A DNA stretch of 64,000 nt from the NCBI GenBank assembly GCA_016872675.1, contig VGZG01000001.1:10770-74769 (forward strand), given 5' to 3'. Below the pieces are notes generated by a model. That model saw only the letters and a list, made by a program, of their open reading frames with translations. It was not told the origin of the DNA and did no database searches. Position 1 is the first letter of the stretch; every line of letters begins with the position of its first letter. This DNA is from Planctomycetota bacterium (GTDB lineage Bacteria > Planctomycetota > UBA1135 > UBA2386). Below are positions 1 through 9,306 of this stretch, piece by piece. A program made the position numbers and the translations under genes.

Positions 1-815
1 GCGCGCGTGCGCAGCCCGGCGACCCGCAGCACGACGTCGCCGGGCGCGTGTGCCGCGCGGCGGGCCGTCGCCAGCTTGCGGCCGACCATCAGGCCGACCA
101 GCGCTTCGTGGGTGATCGCGTCGCGGCTCAGCTCGCCGCTGTTGCGGCCGTCGCGCAGGCCGACGACGCGGTCGGCGAGTTCCTTCACCTCGCCGAGCCG
201 GTGCGAGATGTAGACCACGCCGACGCCCTGGCCGCGCAGTTCGCGCACGACCGCGTACAGGCGCGCGGTCTCAGCCATGGTCAGGCTCGACGTCGGCTCG
301 TCCATGATCAGCACGCGCGCCTGCGCCCGCAGCGCGCGGGCAATCTCCAGCAGCTGTTTCTGCCCGGGCGCGAGCGCGCTAACCGGCGTGTCGGCGTCGA
401 CCTGCAGGCCGACGCGGTCGAGCCACTTCGCCGCCTGCGCGCGCATCGCGCCCAAGCGCAGAAACGGGCCGCGGCGCAGCTCAGCGCCGAGGAACAGCGC
501 GCCAGCGACGGTCAGGTTGTCGCACAGGCTCAGTTCCTGGTGGATCAATGCGATGCCGGCGCTCAGGGCGTCGGCCGGACCAGCGAGACGGACCGGCGCG
601 CCAGCCAGCAGGATCTGGCCGGCGTGCGGCTGGACGACGCCGGCGAGCGCCTTCATCAGCGTGCTCTTGCCGGCGCCGTTCTCGCCGACCAGCGCCACGA
701 CTTCGCCGGCGCGCACCGTGAAGTCGACCTGCGACAGCGCGCGGACGCCGGGGTAGTCCTTGCAGACGCCGCGGGCCTGCAGCAGCGGCGGAACGGCGGC
801 AGCCCCCGTCGTCAT
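1..815 (-). CDS. Sugar (ribose/xylose-type) ABC transporter ATP-binding protein, N-terminal part only (gene runs off the left edge)
   Basis: My own minus-strand translation from the ATG at 815. It is absent from the ORF track because no stop lies inside the window. Sequence: MTTGAAAVPPLLQARGVCKDYPGVRALSQVDFTVRAGEVVALVGENGAGKSTLMK... Walker A is GENGAGKST and Walker B is RVLIMDEPTSSL. The gene begins 4 nt after the stop of the binding-protein gene. Confidence 0.8.
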   Translation of the reverse strand, partial: MTTGAAAVPPLLQARGVCKDYPGVRALSQVDFTVRAGEVVALVGENGAGKSTLMKALAGVVQPHAGQILLAGAPVRLAGPADALSAGIALIHQELSLCDNLTVAGALFLGAELRRGPFLRLGAMRAQAAKWLDRVGLQVDADTPVSALAPGQKQLLEIARALRAQARVLIMDEPTSSLTMAETARLYAVVRELRGQGVGVVYISHRLGEVKELADRVVGLRDGRNSGELSRDAITHEALVGLMVGRKLATARRAAHAPGDVVLRVAGLRTR

Positions 816-819
816 GGCG

Positions 820-1845
820 TCACTTGCGCCCCGTCTTCTGCTTCAAGTCGGCCCAGAACGCCTCGACGTTGGCCTTGGTGATCGCCCGCGCCGGGATGTC
901 GAGGAAGCGGTCCTTGGGCAGCAGTTCCTCGCGCTTCTTCGAATCGGTCTCGCGCAGCAGACTCGCCAGCAACTCCAGCGACTTGCGGCCGTACTCGTAG
1001 GGATTCTGCACCACCGTGCCATGCACGTGGCCATCGACGATGCCCTGCAGCGTCGCGTCATTCTCGTCGAAGCCGACGACCTTGACCTTGCCCAGGCGGT
1101 TCGCCGACTTGACCGCCTCGAGCAGCAGCGGCGGCTCGTACTCGAACAGCCCCACCATCGCGCCGACGTCGCTCCAGCGCGCCAGCGCGTCCTGCGCCGC
1201 CGCCTTGCCCTTCTGGCGGTCGAACTGGTCGGTGAACGTGGCGCGGATCTCGTACTTGCCGGCTTTGAGCACAGCGTCCTGCTTGTCGAAGCGCGACGGG
1301 TCGCGCGACCGGTCGAGCAACTCGTCGACGACGCCCTGGCGGCGACGGCGGGCGTTGTCCTGGTCGAGGTTGCCGACGAACAGCACGACGGCGCCGCCGT
1401 CGGGCAGCGCTTCCTTGACCAGTTGGCCGCACATGCGGCCGGCGTCGTAGTTGTCCATGCCGACGTAGCACAGCCGCTTGCTCTTCGGCGCGTCGGAGTC
1501 GTGCGTGACCAGCAGCGCGCGGCCGGCGACCTTGTCGAGCAACGCGGTCATGTTCTCCGGGTCCTTCGGCGACACCGCGATGCCCTGCACGCCCTTGGCG
1601 AGCAGGTCCTCGAGGATGCGCTTCTGCTCCTCGGCGGTGCCGTTGGCCGGCATGCGCACGACGGCGTCGACGCCGAACTCGGCCTTGGCCGCCTCGACGC
1701 CGAAGCTGCCGACGGTCCAGAACTCCGCGACGCAGTTGGTGACGAACGCGAGGCGCGGCTTCTTCGGCGCGTCCTGGCCGACGGCCAGGGCGGCCAACAG
1801 CAGCGCGGAAAGGAACGCAAACAGGGCGCGGCGTGGCATGGTCAT
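820..1845 (-). CDS. Periplasmic sugar-binding protein of an ABC transporter (type I PBP fold)
   Basis: Track ORF 820..2937 trimmed to the in-frame ATG that gives MTMPRRALFAFLSALLLAALAVGQ (signal peptide). The rest reads as a sugar-binding PBP (LAFVTN, GIAVSP, VVGFDENDATLQGIVDGHVHGTVVQNPYEYG). The upstream 1.1 kb of the track ORF is Arg-rich shadow sequence overlapping the SDR gene in another frame. Confidence 0.85.
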   Translation of the reverse strand: MTMPRRALFAFLSALLLAALAVGQDAPKKPRLAFVTNCVAEFWTVGSFGVEAAKAEFGVDAVVRMPANGTAEEQKRILEDLLAKGVQGIAVSPKDPENMTALLDKVAGRALLVTHDSDAPKSKRLCYVGMDNYDAGRMCGQLVKEALPDGGAVVLFVGNLDQDNARRRRQGVVDELLDRSRDPSRFDKQDAVLKAGKYEIRATFTDQFDRQKGKAAAQDALARWSDVGAMVGLFEYEPPLLLEAVKSANRLGKVKVVGFDENDATLQGIVDGHVHGTVVQNPYEYGRKSLELLASLLRETDSKKREELLPKDRFLDIPARAITKANVEAFWADLKQKTGRK

Positions 1846-1853
1846 GGCTCCTC

Positions 1854-2672
1854 TCAGGTCACCGTCATGCCGCCGTTGACGGCGATGTCCTGACCGGTGA
1901 TGAACGCGGCGGCGTCCCCGGCGAGGAACGCGCACACGCCGCCGACGTCGGCCGGCACGCCCCACCGGCGCATCGGGATCAGCGCCTTGTAGGCGTCCTT
2001 CTGCTCCTTGGGGTCGTCCTTGTGGCGCTCGACCGGGATCCATCCCGGGCAGACGATGTTGACGGTGATGTTCCAGGGCGCCAGTTCGGTCGCCATGCTG
2101 CGCGTCCAGCCGGCCTGCGCGCCCTTGGCGGCGACGTACGGCGCGAAGTTCGGCACGCCGCGGCGAAACACCTCGCTGCCGATGTTGAGGATGCGGCCGT
2201 GGCGGCGCTGCTTCATGCCCGGCAACACGCAGCGCGTCAGCAGGAACGGCGACTTGACGAAGAAGTCGAGCATCTGCTGGTGGAACGCCCAGTCGTACAG
2301 TTCGAACGGCTTCTGCGGTTGGGCCGGCGTGGCGTTGGCGACGACGATGTCGATCGGGCCGAGGCGCTTCTCGACGGCGTGGCACATCTTGGCGACGTGC
2401 TTCTCGTCGGTCACGTCGGCGCGCACCAACATGCCTTCGTAGCCCCGCGCCGCGAACTCGGCGAAGGTCGCCTCGGCGGTCTCCTGGCCATGGGCGAAGT
2501 TGATCGCGACCTTGGCGCCGGCGTTGGCCAGCGCGAAAGCGATCGACTTGCCGAGTCCCTTGCTGCTGCCGGTGACCAACGCGGTGCGACCAGCGAGGGT
2601 GAACGGACGCGGCTCGTGGTCGAGCTTCGGATCGGGCGTACGGGACGTCGTGGCGCGGGCGACTTTCTTCAT
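1854..2672 (-). CDS. Short-chain dehydrogenase/reductase (FabG-like SDR)
   Basis: 272-aa ORF with the Rossmann motif VTGSSKGLG, NIGS, and the catalytic YVAAK. It is the first gene of the SDR / binding protein / ATPase string. Confidence 0.9.
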   Translation of the reverse strand: MKKVARATTSRTPDPKLDHEPRPFTLAGRTALVTGSSKGLGKSIAFALANAGAKVAINFAHGQETAEATFAEFAARGYEGMLVRADVTDEKHVAKMCHAVEKRLGPIDIVVANATPAQPQKPFELYDWAFHQQMLDFFVKSPFLLTRCVLPGMKQRRHGRILNIGSEVFRRGVPNFAPYVAAKGAQAGWTRSMATELAPWNITVNIVCPGWIPVERHKDDPKEQKDAYKALIPMRRWGVPADVGGVCAFLAGDAAAFITGQDIAVNGGMTVT

Positions 2673-2738
2673 GGCGTGCGAAGTCGTGACAAGCTAGCCG
2701 GTTGGCGACCCTCCGGCGACCATCTACAAAAACAGTGT

Positions 2739-5339
2739 ATGGGTCCGCTTCTCGCGCACGCGCTGCGGCACACCGTCGTCGCCCTGACGGCCGGCGTCGC
2801 CGCCACACAGGTGCCGCCACCGGTCGACGCCGGCGAATTCGCGCAACGGCGCGCGACGCACTGGGCCTGGCAACCGCTGCGCGACGACGCGCCGCCGACC
2901 GCGGGCCAGCCTGCCACCGGCCATCCGGTCGACGCATTCGTCGACCATGCGCTCGCTGCCGCCGCTCTGCGCCGCGCGCCGCCGGCGCCGCCGCACGTGC
3001 AACTGCGCCGGCTGTGGTTCGACCTCGTCGGCCTGCCGCCGCCGCCCGACGCGGTGGCCCGCTTCACTGCTGATCCGAGCGACGCCGCGTGGGAACGCGA
3101 AGTCGACGCCTTGCTCGCCAGCGCCCACTACGCCGAACGGCAAGCCCGGCACTGGCTCGACCTCGTGCGTTACGCCGAGACCCTCGGCCACGAGTACGAC
3201 TTCGAAGTGCCCAATGCGTGGCGTTACCGGGATTACGTCATCCGCGCCTTCCGCGACGACGTGCCGTTCGACCAGTTCGTGCGCGAGCACGTCGCCGGCG
3301 ATCTGCTGACGCCGCCGCGCCTGGACGACGGCGGCGCCAATGAGAGCGTGCAGGCGACCGCGGCGTACTGGTTCTGCGAGCAGACGCACTCGCCAGTCGA
3401 CGCCGGCAAACACGAAGCCGACCGCGTCGACAACCAGGTCGACGTGCTCGGCAAGGCGTTCCTCGGCCTGACGATCGCGTGCGCGCGCTGCCACGACCAC
3501 AAGTTCGACGCCATCCGCGCCGCCGACTACTACGCCTTCGCCGGCTTCGTGCAGAGTTCGCGCTACGCGCAGGCGCCGCTCCGTCCGGCCGACGTGCAGG
3601 GCGCGCCGTTCCAGCGCGCGCTCACGGCCCAGCGGGAACTCGCCGCCGCCTGGCAGGACGCGCTCGCGCCCATCGAACCGCCACCACCGCCGCCACCGCC
3701 GCGCGACGGCGATCGCGTCGTCGCCAGCGCCGAGGATCTCGCCGCCGGCTGGATCCTCACCAACGACGGCTTCGGGCCGCAGCCGTGGCACGGGCCGCTG
3801 TGCCTCGATCCGACCGCGACCGCGCCGGAACTGCGCCAACTGCCCGGCGCGTTCTGGCACAGCGCCGTCGCCGGGCGGCAACGCGAAGGCACGCTGGCGT
3901 CACCGACCTTCCCGCTGACCGCGCGCTACGTGCACGTCCGCGCGGCCGGCCAGCACGCGCGGATCAAGGTCATCGTCGACGGCTTCCATCTCGTGCGCGA
4001 CCCCATCTACGGCGAGTTGCACAAGGAAGTCGGCAACCCCGACGCGCACTGGCTGACGTTCGACTGCGGCGCCTGGGCCAACCGACCAGCGTTCGTGCAG
4101 GCGATCGACCAGCGCACGCACGACCTCGCCGATCCCAAACGCGAACGCAAGTCCTGGCCGGACGACGGCTGGCTCGCCGTGCAGTCGGTCGTGCTGTCGC
4201 CGCACCGCGAACCACCGCCGGCCGCCGCGGCGCCGCCGGTGCCGCCGCATGCGTGGACCGAGCCACCGACGGCCGTCGCCGCAGCGCTGGGCCGGCTGCA
4301 CGAAGCCTGCGCCGCCGTGCCGGTCTCCCCGACGTTGCCGGCGATGGTCGATGGCACCGGCCGCGACCTCGCCGTCGCCCAGCGCGGCGACCACCGCCGC
4401 CCCGGTGAGCCGGCGCCCCGCCGGTTCCTGCAGGCGCTCGCGCGCGAGGGCGCGCTGGCGACCGGCCCCGGCAGCGGTCGCCTGCAACTCGCCGAGGCGA
4501 TGACGGCCGAAGGCGCGCCGCTGCTGGCGCGCGTGCTGCTCAACCGGCTGTGGCGGCAGTTGTTCGACCGCGGCATCGCGCGCAGCGTCGACAACCTGGG
4601 CGCGCTCGGCGACCCTCCGACGCATCCCGCGCTGCTCGACTGGCTCGCCGCGGACTTCTTGCGCCACGGCTGGTCGGTGAAGCGCGCTCTGCGGCAGCTG
4701 GTCACGTCGGCGACCTACCGCCAGGACAGTCGCCGGCGCGCCGCCGCCGAGGCCATCGATCCCGCCAACCTACTGCTGCACCGGCAAAACGTGCAGCGCC
4801 TCGACGCCGAGTCGGTGCGCGACGCGCTGCTGGCGATCAGCGGCCGACTCGACCCAACGTTATTCGGACCGCCGGTCGAGTTGCCGCGCGAAACGATCGT
4901 CAAGGCGCGCGGCCAACCCGACCGCCATGGTCCGCTCGACGGCGACGGCCGCCGCAGCATCTACCTCGCCGTCCGCCGCAACTTCCTGCCGGCGATGCTG
5001 CTGGCGTTCGACCTGCCGACGCCGTTCGCGACCGTCGGCATGCGCAACGTCTCCAACGTGCCGGCGCAGGCGTTGACGCTCGCCAACGACCCCTTCGTGC
5101 ACCAGCAATGCGCGACGTGGGCCAATGCGCTGCTCGCCGCCGGCGTCGCCAGCGGCGCCGACGCCGACGTCCGACTCACAGCACAGGTAGACGCCGCGTT
5201 CGTGCGCGCGTTCGCCCGCCCACCGGCGGCAGACGAAGTGGCGCTGTGCCGCGACTTCCTCGCCACCGGCGGCGCCTCGGCATGGCCCGACCTACTGCAC
5301 GGTCTCGTGCAGGCGCAGGAGTTCCTGTACCTGCGATGA
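2739..5339 (+). CDS. DUF1549/DUF1553 (PSCyt2/PSD1) domain protein
   Basis: Track ORF 1833..5339 trimmed to residue 303 (MGPLLAHALRH...). It contains the family-typical CARCHDHKFD motif and a long C-terminal DUF1553-like region (...RQNVQRLDAESVRDALLAISGRLD..., ...VPAQALTLANDPF...). A run of 8 Pro codons lies at 3678-3701. The stop overlaps the next start (ATGA). Confidence 0.85.
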   Translation: MGPLLAHALRHTVVALTAGVAATQVPPPVDAGEFAQRRATHWAWQPLRDDAPPTAGQPATGHPVDAFVDHALAAAALRRAPPAPPHVQLRRLWFDLVGLPPPPDAVARFTADPSDAAWEREVDALLASAHYAERQARHWLDLVRYAETLGHEYDFEVPNAWRYRDYVIRAFRDDVPFDQFVREHVAGDLLTPPRLDDGGANESVQATAAYWFCEQTHSPVDAGKHEADRVDNQVDVLGKAFLGLTIACARCHDHKFDAIRAADYYAFAGFVQSSRYAQAPLRPADVQGAPFQRALTAQRELAAAWQDALAPIEPPPPPPPPRDGDRVVASAEDLAAGWILTNDGFGPQPWHGPLCLDPTATAPELRQLPGAFWHSAVAGRQREGTLASPTFPLTARYVHVRAAGQHARIKVIVDGFHLVRDPIYGELHKEVGNPDAHWLTFDCGAWANRPAFVQAIDQRTHDLADPKRERKSWPDDGWLAVQSVVLSPHREPPPAAAAPPVPPHAWTEPPTAVAAALGRLHEACAAVPVSPTLPAMVDGTGRDLAVAQRGDHRRPGEPAPRRFLQALAREGALATGPGSGRLQLAEAMTAEGAPLLARVLLNRLWRQLFDRGIARSVDNLGALGDPPTHPALLDWLAADFLRHGWSVKRALRQLVTSATYRQDSRRRAAAEAIDPANLLLHRQNVQRLDAESVRDALLAISGRLDPTLFGPPVELPRETIVKARGQPDRHGPLDGDGRRSIYLAVRRNFLPAMLLAFDLPTPFATVGMRNVSNVPAQALTLANDPFVHQQCATWANALLAAGVASGADADVRLTAQVDAAFVRAFARPPAADEVALCRDFLATGGASAWPDLLHGLVQAQEFLYLR

Positions 5340-6721
5340 ACGCCAACCACATCATGTCGCCGACGCGGCGCACGTTCTTGCAGCGGGCCTGGAACGGCTT
5401 CGCGACGCTGCCGTTGGCCAGCCTCTTTGGCGGCGGCGGCGCGCAGACGCGCCACCACGCGCCGCGGGCGAGGTCGGTGATCTTCCTCTACATGGACGGC
5501 GGGCCGAGTGGGCAGGACCTGCTCGACTACAAGCCGCGCCTCGTCGCCGACCACGGCAAGCCGTTCCCGCTGCCGATGGAGCCAACGCAGTTCAACGACA
5601 ACGGCAACACGCTCGGCCCGTGCGCGAAGTTCGCGCAGCGCGGCGCCAGCGGCCAGTGGATCAGCGACCTGTTGCCACACCTGGCGGGCCAGGCCGACCG
5701 TCTCTGCGTCGTACGTTCGATGGTCGCCGACTTCAGCGAGCACACCAACGCCAACTACTTCCTGCACACCGGCCACGGCCTGCAGGGCCGCCCAGGCATT
5801 GGCGCCTGGATCGCATACGGGCTCGGCTGCGAGGCCTCGAACCTGCCGGCGTACGTCGTGCTCAACGGCGGCCTCATCCCGCCCGGCGGCGTCGATTGCT
5901 TCCACAGCGGCTTCCTGCCAGCGCACAGCCAGGGCTCGGTCTTCCAGCTGCGCGGCGACGCGGTCGCCAACATCGCGCCGTGCGAGCGCGACCCGCAGCA
6001 GCAGCGCCGCAAGCTGCGGTTCGGCCGCGCGCTCGACGAGGCCGCGCGCCGCCGTGACGGCGCCGACGCCGCCATCGACGCCGCCGTCGCCAACGCCGAG
6101 CTCGCCTTCCGTATGCAGGCAGCAGTGCCGGAGCTGACCGCGCTCGACGGCGAATCGGCGGCCCTGCGGGCGATGTACGGCTGCGACGACGAGTACGAGC
6201 AGACGCGCACGTTCGCGCGGCAGTGCTTGCTGGCGCGCCGGCTCGTCGAGCGCGGCGTCCGCTTCGTGCAGCTGACCTGCGCCGACACGCGCAACGACCG
6301 CTGGGACCAGCACGGCGACCTGCCCAAGGGCCTCGCCGACAACTGCCGCATGGTCGATCGCCCGATCGCGGCGCTGCTCGCCGACCTCGACGCCCGCGGT
6401 CTGCTCGACGACACGATCGTGTTGTGGGGCGGCGAGTTCGGCCGCACGCCGTTCATGCAGGGCGACTCGGGCCGCGACCACAATCCATTCGGCTTTTCGA
6501 TGTGGGTCGCCGGCGGCGGCTTCAAGGCCGGCCACAGCCACGGCGCCACCGACGAATACGGCTACAAGGCCGTCCTCGATCCTGTGACCGTGCACGATCT
6601 GCACGCGACGATCCTCTGGCAGCTCGGCATCGACCACGAGCGCTTCACCTACCGCTTCGGCGGCCGCGACCTGCGGCTGACCGACGTCTACGGCAAGGTG
6701 CAGAAGGCCCTGCTGGCCTGA
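5336..6721 (+). CDS. DUF1501 (sulfatase-fold) protein with Tat-type signal
   Basis: Track ORF 4550..6721 trimmed to MNANHIMSPTRRTFLQRAW (twin-arginine RRTFLQ). Family-typical motifs are IFLYMDGGPS, DRWDQHGD, VLWGGEFGRTP and GRDHNPFGF. It shows the canonical pairing with the upstream DUF1549/1553 gene through a 4-nt overlap. Confidence 0.9.
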   Translation: MNANHIMSPTRRTFLQRAWNGFATLPLASLFGGGGAQTRHHAPRARSVIFLYMDGGPSGQDLLDYKPRLVADHGKPFPLPMEPTQFNDNGNTLGPCAKFAQRGASGQWISDLLPHLAGQADRLCVVRSMVADFSEHTNANYFLHTGHGLQGRPGIGAWIAYGLGCEASNLPAYVVLNGGLIPPGGVDCFHSGFLPAHSQGSVFQLRGDAVANIAPCERDPQQQRRKLRFGRALDEAARRRDGADAAIDAAVANAELAFRMQAAVPELTALDGESAALRAMYGCDDEYEQTRTFARQCLLARRLVERGVRFVQLTCADTRNDRWDQHGDLPKGLADNCRMVDRPIAALLADLDARGLLDDTIVLWGGEFGRTPFMQGDSGRDHNPFGFSMWVAGGGFKAGHSHGATDEYGYKAVLDPVTVHDLHATILWQLGIDHERFTYRFGGRDLRLTDVYGKVQKALLA

Positions 6722-6729
6722 GGCGCGCC

Positions 6730-7866
6730 ATGTCGCTCCTGGTCGCCGCGATCGCCGCCACAACCGCGCTGCTGCCGCCGCAGGAGCCCGCCATCCAGGC
6801 AGCGCCCGCCCCCGCCGACGCCGAAGCTTGGTTCGACAAGGACGCCGCCGCGCGCTGTACGAAGGCCGCCGATCGCGGCCTGCAGTGGCTCAAACGCCAG
6901 CAGTCGGCAGTCGGCTGTTGGCTCGGCTATGTCGGCCACAAGATCGGCGACGACTACGAACTCCTGGCGCAGGCGCTCCCGCCCGACGCGCAAGCGGCGC
7001 TCGGCCGCGGCCACCTCGGCGTAACCGCCCTGTGCGGCATGGCCTTCCTGGCCGGCGGCAGCCTGCCCGACCGCGGCCCGCACGCCGACATCGTGCAGCG
7101 CACGATCGCCTACGTGCAGGGCACGGCGCAGGAGAACGGCTACCTGAGCGACGCCGGCACGCGCATGTACAGCCACGCCTTCGCCACGCTGTTCCTCGCC
7201 GAAGTCTACGGCGCCGACGCGACGGCGAAGACCAAGGACGCGCTCGAGCGCGCGGTCAATCTCATCGTCGACTGCCAGAACGACCTCGGTGGCTGGCGCT
7301 ACAACCCGTTCGACAGCGAACTCGACCTGTCGGTGACCGTCTGCCAGTTGCAGGCGCTGCGCGCGGCCCGCAACATCGGCATCCGCGTGCCGACCGGAAC
7401 GATCGACAAGGCGCTCGCGTACGTGCGCGCCAGCCGGGTGCCGCGCGGCCCGTACGCCGGACTCTACTACTACAAGATCCACGGCCGCGGTCAGTTCGAG
7501 AAGCCGGCCGACTACGCCATCAACGCCGCCGCGCTGACCGCGCTGCGCAGCGCCGGCGTCCACGACGACGACCTGACCGACCCGGTGCTGACCTTCCTCG
7601 AGGCCGAGTACCCGCGCCTGCAGGACTGGTACGGCGGCCACTACTTCTACTGGTACGGCAACTACTACGCCGCGCAGGCCTTCTACCAGAGCGGCGGCCC
7701 GCGACTGCGCCGGTGGTTCGCCCGCCTGTCGGCCGACCTGATTGCCAGCCAGGAAGCGGATGGCCGCTGGCGCAACCGGACCGGCCCCGGCGACGCCTTT
7801 GCCACCGCCGTCGCCTGCGTGCTGCTGCAGATGCCCAAGCAGTATTTGCCGATCTTCCAGCGCTGA
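6730..7866 (+). CDS. Prenyltransferase/squalene-oxidase-repeat (alpha/alpha toroid) protein, secreted
   Basis: Track ORF 6223..7866 trimmed to MSLLVAAIAATTALL (hydrophobic N-terminus). QW-like repeat motifs are present (CQNDLGGWRY, SQEADGRWRN, LKRQQSAVGCW). It starts 8 nt after the DUF1501 stop. Confidence 0.75.
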   Translation: MSLLVAAIAATTALLPPQEPAIQAAPAPADAEAWFDKDAAARCTKAADRGLQWLKRQQSAVGCWLGYVGHKIGDDYELLAQALPPDAQAALGRGHLGVTALCGMAFLAGGSLPDRGPHADIVQRTIAYVQGTAQENGYLSDAGTRMYSHAFATLFLAEVYGADATAKTKDALERAVNLIVDCQNDLGGWRYNPFDSELDLSVTVCQLQALRAARNIGIRVPTGTIDKALAYVRASRVPRGPYAGLYYYKIHGRGQFEKPADYAINAAALTALRSAGVHDDDLTDPVLTFLEAEYPRLQDWYGGHYFYWYGNYYAAQAFYQSGGPRLRRWFARLSADLIASQEADGRWRNRTGPGDAFATAVACVLLQMPKQYLPIFQR

Positions 7867-7989
7867 GCCTGCCCACGCGGCGGCGCCGCCGGCGGCGGCA
7901 AGCCGCCCGTGCGGCGGGCACATTGCCCTTGAATCCGTTGGACCGCAGGCCACGATCCGGCTTGGTCAACCACGGTCAGATCAGGGCGT

Positions 7990-9060
7990 ATGCGCTACAT
8001 CAACGCACGATTCCTTCTCGGTGTGAGCCTGCTCGTCGCCAGCGCGACGGCGCAAGCCACCTTCTCCTCCCCGTCGCGCAGCGGCGCCAGCCGCTTCGAC
8101 ACTCCGACGTACGCGGATGCTTACGGCCTGTCCACGGCCAGCGCCCCGCAGGGTGACGTCGACTACTCGCTGCGAGGTCAGTTCCTCGTCAATCACGGCG
8201 AGTTCATGGACCGGCGCCAGCGCTACACGCCCGACGTGTCGATCGGCGCGTCATTGCTGCCCAACGCGCGCATCAACAACGAAGACGGCGGCTTCGACAT
8301 GCTCGACGGCAACTTCGACGCGACCTTCCGGCCACTGGTGTCGACGGACGGCTACCTGACCTTTGGCGCCTACTACAAGCAACGGCGCTACGTGACGTCG
8401 AGCACGTTCGGCGATGGCGGCGCGAACGGCGACAACGGCTTTGGCGACGAGTCGCTCTACGGCATGGGCGCCAAGTTCGGCTTCGGCGTGTTCTTCTCCG
8501 ACAACGTGCTGCTCGAGGTCGAGACGCATCCGGGCGTCTGGTCGGACATCGACAGCACGCTGCACCACGAGGACTTCGACTTCCCGTCGTTCGGGATGTT
8601 GACCGTCCGCGCGCTCGACAACTTCTTCTTCAAGATCGGCGCGCGCTACAACCAGGTCTACGAAGACGCCCCGTGGCTGCCGATCCTCGGCTTCAGCTGG
8701 GAGCTGTCGGAAGGGTTGCGCATGGACGTGCTCGCGCCCCAAGCCATCGAGCTCTCGCTGTGGCCCAGCGAGAGCTTCGGCATCCTGTTCGGCGGCTTCG
8801 TCCAGGGCGCCGAGTACCACGTGCACATGCCGCGCACGTCGCCGGAGAACGGCGAGCGCGCCAACTCGCGCGTCCAGGAGGCCATTTGCTACCTCGGCTT
8901 CATGGCGCGCATGACCGACAGCGTGTCGCTCATGGCGCGCGGCGGCATCGTCGTCGCCGGCGACTACAGCTTGACGACCGGCGCGACGGGCTTCGATCCG
9001 ATCGACGGCCCGATCGACCAGACGGTGTACGCCGAGATCTCGCTGGGCGTCAGCTTCTGA
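7990..9060 (+). CDS. Hypothetical outer-membrane beta-barrel protein
   Basis: 356-aa ORF with the signal peptide MRYINARFLLGVSLLVASATAQA. It has alternating hydrophobic beta-strand patterns rich in Gly/aromatic residues and a C-terminal ...YAEISLGVSF ending in Phe, as is typical for OMPs. Confidence 0.7.
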   Translation: MRYINARFLLGVSLLVASATAQATFSSPSRSGASRFDTPTYADAYGLSTASAPQGDVDYSLRGQFLVNHGEFMDRRQRYTPDVSIGASLLPNARINNEDGGFDMLDGNFDATFRPLVSTDGYLTFGAYYKQRRYVTSSTFGDGGANGDNGFGDESLYGMGAKFGFGVFFSDNVLLEVETHPGVWSDIDSTLHHEDFDFPSFGMLTVRALDNFFFKIGARYNQVYEDAPWLPILGFSWELSEGLRMDVLAPQAIELSLWPSESFGILFGGFVQGAEYHVHMPRTSPENGERANSRVQEAICYLGFMARMTDSVSLMARGGIVVAGDYSLTTGATGFDPIDGPIDQTVYAEISLGVSF

Positions 9061-9155
9061 TTTTTGGTCACCGCGGCATCCGGCCGCGGGCAGATCGGAG
9101 CAACCAGCCTGCGGCGGCGGCTGCAGCCGCAGGCGCTGGCCGCCTGGTAACCGCC

Positions 9156-9181
9156 GGTTCGTCGGCGCGCCGCGGCGAACC
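9156..9181. terminator. Inverted repeat between convergent OMP and arginase genes
   Basis: GGTTCGTCG...CGGCGAACC forms about 9 bp including one G-U pair. A second hairpin, CCGCGGC-ATCCG-GCCGCGG, lies at 9071-9089. Confidence 0.25.
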
Positions 9182-9306
9182 AGCTGCGGCGGACAAGCCG
9201 CGGTCAACGTGCCATGGCGCGCGACCAGCGATGGCCTCCCGGTGGCGCGCGTCATCGGGCGCTGGCACACCAACCGGCTGGCGCGGCAGCGACCTCGGGC
9301 AGAGCC

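Noticed and set aside
1833-2738. The long 5' extension of the DUF1549/1553 track ORF (1168 aa). Similar extensions exist for the ORFs at 820..2937, 4550..6721, 6223..7866, 10523..12205, 11847..14279, 11907..13511, 18289..21396, 31611..33551, 43734..45500, 45499..48156 and 55594..58689.
   Set aside because: The extra N-terminal portions are Arg/Ala/Gly/Pro-rich with no motifs. They overlap well-supported genes in other frames or strands. Each ends at an internal start that yields a signal peptide, a canonical family N-terminus, an SD-like site or a 4-nt overlap. These are typical open shadow frames in high-GC DNA.
4961-6763. Large antisense ORFs. Examples are 4961..6763(-), 25441..26658(-), 34586..36445(+), 38608..40299(+), 40425..42383(+), 42119..43819(+), 46588..48138(-), 49625..51334(+) and 56873..58402(-).
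   Set aside because: Each lies opposite a gene with strong family motifs (DUF1501, sortilin-like, GldG-like, dnaK, MATE, PP2C, cytochrome, S9 peptidase, TPR-peptidase). Each has an Arg/Ala/Asp/His-dominated composition characteristic of antisense frames in GC-rich genomes.
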